From: Marsupella aquatica
Lineage: Eukaryota > Plantae > Marchantiophyta
Direction of reading: 5' to 3'
Assembly (NCBI GenBank): GCA_973895155.1
Contig: OZ316896.1
Location: 2,046,001 to 2,110,000, forward strand
DNA: 64,000 bases
In this document: positions 1 to 10,560 of the stretch, piece after piece
How the letters are laid out: each line of letters opens with the position of its first letter
How positions within the stretch are numbered: the first letter of the stretch is position 1
Notes under the pieces: model-generated
What the model was told of the DNA's origin: nothing
The model's database searches: none
Seen by the model: only the letters and a program-made list of their open reading frames with translations
Translations under genes and position numbers: made by a program

Positions 1-322
1 TTACTTTGGAGCTTTTTAACAAAAAATGAACACTTCGATTTTGTCACAAAGCTGGCAGTCAGAATTGTGTTCTCATAACAGAGAAAGGTTTGTTCGCATC
101 TGCTTAAAAAATGTTAACATTACAGCCTGTTCTAATTAAAACACACTTGAAGGTTCGTTTGTTTAGTTTGCTTAAACCTGTGAATTAGTTTTATATTCAT
201 TATTATGGCACAATGTTCCCCTCCACAAAATCCAGTCCCAAAACCCAACAGGGTGCCGCTACTAGTGTTTCGTTAGCTTTTTTGAGTCTGCAATAACTTG
301 AGCATGTTTCACGTCTTTGCAG

Positions 323-3300
323 AGATTGGATGAAAAAGCACAGAGATTACCCTTTTGCAAGTCGGGAGGATTTTAAAGAGCTTATGGAGCTGACAGGGCT
401 AAGTCGAAAAATTGTGAGTCCTTGCTGTAATTAGCCTAAATGTTCTTCCTTCGTGAAAAGCAATTTAGAACCAGCAGGCTCTTTGGGTCATCAGTTTTTT
501 ACATTTTGAGAGTTGCTAATAGGCAGGACACAATCTCAAAGAGAAGTCTTTCGAAGTTGGAAGTATTTGTTTCAGTCGGAAAACCAGGCTGCTCAGATAG
601 GTAGAAGTTTATCGAATCAATCAATACATCGAAAGGCTGAAAAATAATTGACGTGAAAGTTGAAACTCACCTTTCGCAAGGTTTTCACATAGCTAAGGTG
701 TAACCAATTGCAGGTTGCTGGTAGGATGGAGAAAGAAAGGAAGAACCATCCTCAAAATTACCCAGAAGGGGCACTGGTATACGATCCATCAAGACGCAAG
801 AAACAGAAGTTGGGCCAAATCGTACATCACGTTCCTGGCCAACAGGAACAGGGGGAGATTAATAAATCAGACCATAAGGTGAAGAGCGCAGAGGCTTCAT
901 CTTCACAGAGGAAACACGGGTATGATTCACGTCAGCCCTTGGGGTGTCTTCTTCACCCATTTATAATTTGACAGACCCAATTTGGATAAAGTGGCCATTT
1001 GCCTTAGTCCTTCAAATATGGGAGAATCTTTTGAGGTTATATTCGATTATTACTAATGGAGGTCTACAGTTTCATTCAATCACAAAAGACATGCTCATTC
1101 GTTCCTTGTCTTGAACCTCACTAATAACTCGAATATCTCCCTTGCCACTGGATCATCCGATGAACTCATTGACCCTCACAATGGCGCCGTCTATATACTC
1201 CACATCTGAGGCAACTATACCACCTTAATCAGTAACGAAGAGCAAGTTCAAGATAAGATATCTACAGAAAAGGCTCGGTCGAGAAAGTCTGATAAACCAG
1301 CTCAACAAGAACTAGGCTCGATACCTCGTGAAGTTGATGACACAGCAGATACACGCATGAAATGGCAGACGAGACGACCCAGGTCTAAGAAGGATAATAG
1401 CAAAGGACTTGCTAAAGTTGCAAAAACCGTAGGGACAGGGGAATCTGAGAGACGTCTACAAAATGTAGGTTCAGACCCGGGTTCAGAAACCAAGTAAGTG
1501 CTAACCTTTTAATCTTGACATGTCTTGTGCTTATTAAAGTAGGACGTCTCGTGACACGTTGCTCCCGAATCATAAGTCAGGCGCCAGGTTTGCCGTGAGG
1601 TTTATTGGGTGTGCAAGAGATGCAGGTCCCGGGGCAGTTCCCATCAAGAGTCAGCAGCACTGCCGGCTGCACTACTTTTATTCGCAAGAATGTACTAATT
1701 CAATATTTTGAATCCATAATTCTGTCACGATAGTTCTTAATTCTAGTAGACTAAAAACTGCCATTAAGCTATTAGTAGAACTGCCATTAAGCTATTAGTA
1801 GACTCTTGCCGTAGTCTAGCGTGCCTGTAAAGTGAAGGAATATGCACCAAATCGAAGTATTGATTTCGCGAGAGTTTGAATTGAGCAGTTCTTTCAGATT
1901 CATGGACCCGGTACGCAAAGTTTGACCAAAATAAATCATCAAACACGAGGAATTTTCGTTTGAATTCTAAAATCTAACATCGGGTCTAACATAGATTGGA
2001 AAGGGAGTCTATTGAGGTATCGGGTTTGTTTCTCGGATAATTTGTTCCACATAAAGGAATGTAAAGTTCTCCTCTTTTGATTTCTTAAGCCAACCGGTAA
2101 GTGACTTCCTTCCAGAATTGCTTCCGGATCTGACGAGGGGCCAAGAGATCGAGAAGATCTAAGCAACTTCGATACCAGCACTTCATTGGACGACGAGGAA
2201 CTATATGTAGTGTCGCCTCGTGCCTTAAAGAATCTTTGGCTGGAACCACCAACTGGTTTATACCCTGACGACGCCGCGCTTAATTACTACCTTTTCGGCG
2301 ATGGGCGGGACATGATTGCTTATGAGAGTGATTTGGATGAGAGTCTGGTTCGTCCGGAAAACCCTCCACCTTCAGAACAAGAGGTAGTTGGCGAGGACCC
2401 TTGGGATGATCCTCCCTCCATGTCAGATCTTTTTATCGATGGTCAGGACATAGCTGTAGATCTTAGCAAATTCCACACTTTTGATGATGACGATGAAGAC
2501 GATGATGACCAAGAAGGCCCAAAAGCCACCTCGGGCTCGCCAGTTGATCGACGAAGAAAGAGATCCACGGGGAAAGACGAAGGGGTTGCAACACCTTCGG
2601 CCAAGAGGAGGGAGCAGATTAGTGGTAAGAATCTGGTCACCGAAAGACCCGCTTCGCAGGACTTTGGCACAAAGGCAATGAAGCCAACGACGGACAGCCC
2701 CTTTGACAAATTGGCTGACCAAATTGTTGAGCGAATGCTGGGCGAAGGGGTTGAGCCTGATAACGAGTTGAGCACTAATATACAGCAACTCATCAGAATG
2801 TACAAGGTACTATTTAAAGGGGTGTCTATTAGTTAGTCTTAGAGCACTGTTCTCGTTTGGTCAAGATGAAAAGATCGATCAGCAAAATAACAAATTCGCT
2901 GGAAGTCTTTTCTCATTTGTCTAGATGGATATCCTCTATATATATGTCGCACTCTACAGAGAGGAATTTTCTCCTCCCCTCCGCGTTTGTTGCTAAATGC
3001 ATTTGCTCTACTATGTTTGTTTCTTCGCTGACCAGGCATACTTGGAACAGAAATGTGCGAGCACGCACGCATGTGAGGTCAGTGACGCAGCCGCCGGGTC
3101 CCACCTGAATTTTAATTTGTTGGCCACATTGAGGATTAGCTGGTCCCGAAATCTGAGGAAAGTAATTGACTGTAGGACTGGATAATTGGCGACCCTCATC
3201 GCCATCCCGATTTCTGTGAGTGCTACGATGACGAAGGCCTGGTTTGCCGCTGGGACCAAAAATTTCGAGCCATGTCTTCCACAACCGAATGTTACGAGGA

Positions 3301-6300
3301 TTTTCAAATGGTAAGTGTGCTTTAATTTCATCATCACTTCGGCTAGAGTCCAATATATAATAGTGACTGTTGAAATTAATCTTGAAGGTCACTTAATTAA
3401 CTTCGTCGTCGTCAGCTGGCCTTCTTAACTTTTGTCAATAATTATCGTTTTAAAGCTTGGGCCATTCTATGGATGCCCGTACCAGAAGACAGACTACCTT
3501 CGATCTACTGTAACGTACATAGACTATACTAATAAGCAGTTCTCAGACGAATAGCTTCAAAAAATGTGCCATCCTCTAGTGCATCTGTCAAGCGAGTGCG
3601 TTCCCAATAATTCCAACTTTTTACTTCAATCATTTATGAATGGAAACTGCACTGATTCTGCCAACTAATAGGAAATTCAATTTCCTCGGTCAGTGTGTCA
3701 TTGGATCGAATAAAAATCGAGACCTAGGAATAGTTGACTCCTCGCCAGACTCTCTAAGAGACTTAGACAATTGTACAAAGGAACATAGGATAATCACAAA
3801 TCCCCTCAGTCTGTGAAAGTTATTTCTGTCCTGGCTGACTCTTCCAGGAAGTTACCAACATAGTAAATGACGTCGTTGAACGAAATGGAGGAAAATTAGC
3901 AGGATTCCCAATCTTCGCTGAAGAGATAATGAAGTAAGCTCATCCAGTGCCCTTGTAATTTAAAAATTTTAAGGTCTTAAGTAATATCACCTACCCTTTA
4001 TTCCAAATGATTTGGTTGTCAAATGAAAACAACATTTCACCATGATGTCCTTGCGCATTGTTTCCAGCCTGGTAATCGGAATGTTTTGTCAATTCGCCAT
4101 AGCTTAAATGAATGCCAGCTTGCACGTCGCCTAGCCTCAGTATAGATTTAATTCCTTTCTTGAAATTTCCGATAACATAAATAAAGATCTCGGACATTGT
4201 TCAACAGGAATTTTCGTAGGAAGCACCGCACCTCACCAACGATGGAGGACTTACAAAATTTATCTGCCCAGACGGGTCTTCAGGAACGGCAGGTTTGTTC
4301 AAAGTGATTGAGTCATTGCATGTCCAACACCTTGCTTGTCGTAATATACAGTATTGATCTGTCAACTTGTCTTCTCCTTTTCTTCCTTTGGGACATAGCT
4401 AGACACGATTCCATTGACCACGTCAATGGGTGATTATGAGCAACGGCAAATTTTGAATATTGAGTACACACGGTCCAGGTGTTGGAAGGGAAAAGGGCCT
4501 TGGATTCTACCAACATCAAAGTTCAAGGTTGCCACAAGGTATTCATTACAGGATTAATTACCGATAGAAGGAGAGTGCAGCAAAATATTCTGGGTGCCTG
4601 ATCTTGTGAAGCTCGATCTGATTTACCCAATTCTGGATTTATTTCTCTACTTAACCGTCTGGTCGCACTAGTGGGAGTGATTCAGTCTAGGAATCAGTGG
4701 GGACATGATACGTACGATCAATTCAATCCTTTGGCTGGGTATTTTTCAGATGAATTCAGACGTGCGTACTGATTGATTTAGCTAGACGAAACTGTTAGAG
4801 AATCCCGTAGAGAATGCGAACCCTAGCTTCATGAAAATCGGATTGAATTCATCTAATGGAGCCATGCATTAGTCAGTTTCATTTCGAACCCGCAACAAAA
4901 CTGACAAGCTAGAAAGAAAAATACGATGCAGTCGATCAGCATCTAGGGCCTTCTCTTAATAAACTAACTTGTTTGTTCCGACACTCCAAAGGCTTTCCCG
5001 AAATTCTGACAATACTCACAAATGCATAACGTACTGTTGCCGAGTGATATAGATAGAGAACTATATGACGAATGTTCTCCCGAAGCCCGAAGACAAATTT
5101 GACGCTGAAGAACACCAACAGGAAGGTGAGACAAGCAACAGAAAGGTTGTGAAGAGAAATACCAAGGCACTTGGGGTTTTGAAGTAAGTATGTCTCTATC
5201 GATACCCGATCCTCCCTTCGCCCATTCTCTAGCTAAATCAGGGCACCTATATGGGGTAATGCTCTCGCCAGATGCGTCAATGCCCAGGGCAGATTTCAAA
5301 CTACCAAAGTACCCAAAAATTAAAACAGTCCGAGTTAGACGCAAAGCATTCTGAAGTCCTTCCACATTCAAGGGCAATGTCCCAGTAAAAGCACCTCGGC
5401 TTTGTGCAGGAGAATGCCCTCATGAGAGGGCTTTACTATAATTAAACACTGCACCAAGATGCCAAGCTAACAGGATGTTCAATCGGTGCATAGCATTTCC
5501 AAGTAATGTGGCTAGTATTTCAATTGATTTGGTAAGGAGCTCCTAAAAATCATAAGATGGGATTGTCATGAAGTAAAATGAGAGGAGAGTGACAGAGTCG
5601 CCGTCTTTTATCCACCCCGTAGCATCATGTGCTTGTGTAATCTGAACTTCAATTAGCTCAATAATTGTGGAGAAGTACTGTCCAATTCTGTACTGGTCCA
5701 GTTAGAAAGGCTCAATCGGAGAAAGAAAAAGAAAAAAATCATAGAAAAACTAACACCATGTATGGCACTTGGGCGAACCCACACATTCCGCAACCCACCC
5801 ACGCTCAATTGGTGCTCGGTTCTTTATAAGGTGGAACTATGGTGATGGAAAATTTGTACTATGACCCTCCGTGCACATTGTAATTCAAAGCCCATCTAGG
5901 GTTGAGCCTCTAAACCATGATTCTCGGGGAAGGATTGACAGTGTGAGCAGACATAACACGAGGTCAGGAGAGATATTAATACTAGATGGACCCTCCAAAA
6001 TGCCAACTAAGCCTTGGTTAATGAACCCCATGAATGATATATCGGGGTCATTGATAGACCTTAAATCAGTATACCCAAAATCTCATGGCGTCCATCATGC
6101 AAGACTTTTTAATTTTAGGGTCCATGGAATATTTCTCTCGAGGAGGTCAGTGGTAACTTAGGGGACAAAACTCGTCTATTGAAGCCACTGCTTCTGATTC
6201 TCTTCAAATCAATATCTGGGCTTGACAAGTACAATCAATTATGCAAACTGCACATATCTAAGTAACGTCACACCCATGTGTGTCATAATCTTCATTAAAT

Positions 6301-7256
6301 TATATGATTTTTGGCAGAGGGTCTCACTATAGTTGTGCATGTTCCAGAGCCTTTGCGAGGAAGAACCGGGGGAAGAACTCTAGCCTCGGAGAAAAGGATA
6401 TAGAGATGCTGCAAATAAAGACCAACATGGCTCCAGCTGAGGTATGATTTGCTTACGTTTTTTTCTCTCAATTGGCCCACAAGTAGACAGTTCCCAAAGC
6501 TACTGTAGGTAAGGTATTTAATTTAATGGATGTATCAACCAATCTGGTAACTCACACACAATCTAATCATTGTGGCCTTGGGGTTTTCCTCGCACACCCT
6601 ATTATGATACAAATTTGTTTTATTTTTTGGTTTTGGGGTACAAATGGCAAAGTAGGCCTGCCAGAATGCATTACACATTCAGAGGAGAAAACACCTGTCC
6701 ATATGCATAACATTCATGAGTCTGTTACGAGCTACCAGACCAGTTTGTCAATATATGCAATATTTTGTATTGACAAAGAACTCAAGGCTTTTGTATCATT
6801 TTAGTCTCAACCATTATTTAGCAGTAATATATTGTTTTCTCCAACAACTATCTCTATTATTTCTAGTCCAAAATGGTTAGATGAGAACATTCACTTGGCT
6901 TCAATAGTACTGTTTGTAATTTTTCCAAAGTAAGTTTTGGACATTTTCTACACTGTTGTCTGCATGCTTCCTGGGGTTATATTATGTTGGACAACTAAGA
7001 TGCTGTGGGAAATTTAATTTTCTAAAAGAAAATAATGAAAAAATGCATACCCAAAACAACCTTTCTTTGTACTATGCGATAAGCTGTTAGGTTAGATAGT
7101 CTGATGGTGGACAAAAATTCAACAAAGAGGCAATCTGTAAGAACAAGAGCCCCAATCTTTGCTACCAATGACATAAAACTATTATTTTATGAACTATGTG
7201 CAGATTATAAAGTGGATTAATTATTATGGCAACAGGAACTCTGAGAAGAGGAATAG
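323..7256 (+). CDS. Partial spliced gene: multi-homeodomain protein with three diverged TALE-like (BELL/KNOX/MEIS-type) homeodomains; 5' and 3' ends not located
   Basis: Exons 323-413, 714-919, 1233-1493, 2116-2806, 3036-3077, 3176-3310, 3456-3509, 3848-3933, 4208-4292, 5053-5183, 6348-6441, 7204-7256. All introns are GT..AG and phase-compatible, giving 1929 nt with no stop. HD1 DWMKKHRDYPFASREDFKELMELTGLSRKI|VAGRMEKERK; HD2 AGFPIFAEEIMK|NFRRKHRTSPTMEDLQNLSAQTGLQERQ|IENYMTNV; HD3 KALGVLK|AFARKNRGKNSSLGEKDIEMLQIKTNMAPAE|IIKWINYY. ORF-track entries 708..971 and 2186..2836 are exon read-throughs. Confidence 0.72.
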
Positions 7257-10200
7257 GTAAGTGATTCTTTATAATTTAGTGAAGATTATTTTAGATTTGC
7301 AATCACTGAGATTTGATGACTCCATTCTCTTGAATATGAAGGTGTAACACAATGTCAGTAGTGAATCCATTGTGATACTCTGGAAGACTGTTACAATTCA
7401 CATTGAAAGCCAAGGCCAAGGCTCATCATGAGATTGTGCCCCCTGCCCAACTCACTCCTCCCCCTGCTCGAGTGTTGGTTGAGTTTTCTAAGTTCGGTGG
7501 AGACCAAAGTGCTTCTAGTGTACCCCACTTTGGGAGAGCTTTTTGTCAAGAGGAAAGTGAGTTGCTTCATCAGAGAGGACCTCCCACTGAGCTCTGCACT
7601 TTTGAGTGACCAGCACTATCCGCTACTAGTACTTAGAGTAATATTCCATTCAATGTTGCTGCACTGCAGCCCCGGTTAGGCATGTGTGAACAGCATTAAC
7701 TTGCTCAAAGCTGCCTCTTGTCCTTAATCTGTCATAAGGTTACCCACAAACTTAGATACAGTTGTCTATCTCTCTAAGTGCACACTCCTGGGAAGAGGCA
7801 AGGAAAGAAGCATCCTGTTACTTTGCACTAAATAGGATTTGCACTACATAATAAGTGCAAACCTGTATAATTGTGCGCTTATGGATAAGATCAAGTGTAT
7901 GGCAGCTTACAACTTCTTGTTATTTAATGTGCAATCGACATCCTGAGTGTGTCACTGAACAGTTTTGTGACTCTGACTCTAACTTGTGCATCATTGTTCT
8001 TAATTGTGGTATCCCTACCCCATAGTGTATTTTCTACTCTACTAAAAATGCCATGAACTTATTGAGTGAAGTGAACAATGGGATTGGGCGCTTACCGTTA
8101 AGTGGTCATACGCAGTTATCAAGGGTTTTCACTTCCAAACTTTTGTTTAGCAAAGAAAATTCAGGCCTTTTGCACTTCCCAGCTTTAGGTGCAGCACAAA
8201 CTCCTTGAAAGGGAAGAACGGGATGCTGAAGCTAACACCTAGACAAAGAATACTCTACATAATGATACTCTTGTGTTGGCAAAATAATCTAATTGTCAGC
8301 AGACAGAGCTCGCCCTTGTTTTCCACTCAACATGCATTATGTAAATAATTACCTTCAGGAAGAATTGTTTTTATTCATGTAAATAATGAAGATAGAATTA
8401 TTTCCCTTTTGATTTGACTGTTACAGGACAAAACACTGATGCCAGACAGGTCCAAGACAAAGATGCTATGTATATGGTTTTAAGGATGGGAGATGTCCCT
8501 TACATAATGGGGTATAAAGGCAACCATATAATTATGGTCGGCCTGCGTATGTGGGAAGACTGGAAAGACTTTTATCCCATTTAAGGGATGGGCTCCTGTA
8601 CTTAGTAAAATGTTAAGTGTCAAGTCATACCCCCAATTTTAAGTGTCGCATATATGTGGACTGTGCAGAAGTAGCTGATGACCTCAACAACTGACCTGGT
8701 GCCCCTGAGTGTGCGTAATGGTTGCCTCGATCACATGGTTGCCTCAATCCCTAGCACTGTGATGATTCTTCTGTGCAGAGCTCGGTGACTCGATGCAACA
8801 GAATTTTCCTGGTTGTAATTTTCTCTTCATATTCATCTGAAACAGGACCTCATCTTGAATTTTGAGTGGTGCGTCAACTTCGGCTCTTATGTTCTTGCTT
8901 TCATGTCTCTTCAACTTCAGAACTCTCTTTGATACGTCCTGCATTCGCTAATGTGTTTCTTTGCTCTAGGGACTGTGACATGATTAGAGTATTGCTCAGT
9001 GTCTCGACCCGGCAGATTTCCATCCTCTCTGAGTGGGCAGCTCACGAATGCAATTGCAGAGCTCCATATCCCACACATTACGTAGCTATGGTGTCTGTCT
9101 CTTTCTGTGTACAAATTGAATGGAATCTAGGTGGGTGAAACCTCTAGAGAATTGTCGTCTTTAGAAAATTATAAAAATTGTCCTTGTATTCCTCTTCTCT
9201 TCTTTGGGCACATGATGTAGAACCATGATCTGGCTTTGTACAGGCAAAGGCCAGCTGCAGTTGGATTAGGAGATTGCAATCCAGATTGGACTGGCAATTC
9301 AATGATTGAATTAGCTATAGTCTTTGTTTGACTCAGTTTGTACAGATCGATGGCTTGATGTCCTTCATAGTAAGGTACTGAGTGTACTAGAGGGAGTGTA
9401 AAATATATGTCATGATGCTTGATGGATCGATTGTCTGCCTAGCCTTTGGGCCTAATGTTTGGCCTCCAATTGCATTTCTTGCCAGCTAAATGTTCATTGT
9501 TTCTTTAGCCAATTTGCAATTGTCGTCCCGATTGTCGTTGTAAGAGGAATTTGTTAGATCTTGTGTGTCAGGAAGATTCAATTTTGTAATGAAATGATTC
9601 TTTTGCTTCCTCTTGCACAATTGTTGCCTTTTATTCAGTAGGACTCTCAAATTGACCAGGGGTGTTAGCAATGTCCAAATTGCGGGGAGCCTATTGTAAG
9701 TTTCATGTAGAAATTGACAGTTTGTCTTGGATTTTTTTCAGACTTTTGTTTCCTCTAGTGCAATGGTGTTTAGTGGTGGTGTTTGATGAAGGACTCTCGG
9801 GGGGGTTCACTTCCACTAAAGTGGCACATCACATGCAACGAATTATAGGCTCATTTAAATGGGTGTGGCGGAAGACTTCCAGTTTTGTGGAAGATCACAT
9901 AGGGCATATTTTATTGACTGGTCGGCTCTAAAGAACATATAGGCTTATTTAATTGTAAAAAATATTTTCTTTAAAGTTACTAGGGGTTTTTTAGTAAAAA
10001 AATGACACAAATTTAATAAAAAAAAGGTTTTGCAAAAAACTATTGTCACTTATAAGTTAGGGGTTCAAACCCTAAAACGGTGCACTCAATGTATGGTCCT
10101 CCATATACTGACCACCCCCCCCCCCCCTGGAGGAAGGAGCAGGATGTCCAAGGCATTTTGTCACATTTCAAATTGTCCCCAGCTCACACTCCCAAACATC

Positions 10201-10358
10201 CCAACTACTAGCTCAGACACCATAGAGCGTCAGGCGACTTCATAAAATAGGCACTGTATAGGAACAGTATGAAATAGGGAAATTGTTTTTTTGAGAAATA
10301 ATTGTTGGTGGGAATAATTGGGCCCTAAACCCTAAACTTTTGAATACAATTGAATCTA

Positions 10359-10560
10359 ACTTTTGAATGGCGGATGGTAGAAATGATTTTAATTCATTTC
10401 CGCCCTTACATGGCTACTTTTGAATGGCGGATGGCAGAAATGATTTTAATTCATTTCCGCCCTTACATGGCTACTTTTGAATGGTGGATGGCAGAAATGA
10501 TTTTAATTCATTTCCGCCCTTACATGGCTACTTTTGAATGGCAGAAATGAATTAAAATCA
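10359..10560. repeat. 57-bp minisatellite, about 3.2 copies, self-complementary unit, ending in an inverted core copy
   Basis: Units start at 10359, 10416, 10473, 10530 (ACTTTTGAATGGCGGATGGCAGAAATGATTTTAATTCATTTCCGCCCTTACATGGCT). 10544-10560 GAAATGAATTAAAATCA is the reverse complement of the unit core. Confidence 0.95.

Noticed and set aside
3456-3554. Terminal exon with stop at 3554
   Set aside because: A phase-0 donor at 3510 (GTAACG) joins in frame to 3848 and the HD2 exons; read-through to 3554 remains possible only as a short isoform.
2186-5760. Endogenous virus (acidic P-like ORF 2186-2836 plus minus-strand ORFs 2913-3392 and 4964-5377)
   Set aside because: The minus frame has about the random density of stops and no viral motifs; the region is explained by plus-strand exons and introns of the homeodomain gene.
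10350-10550. CRISPR-like array or 19-aa repeat peptide
   Set aside because: Units are contiguous without unique spacers, there are no cas genes, the context is eukaryotic, and the ORF is a by-product of a 57-bp unit.
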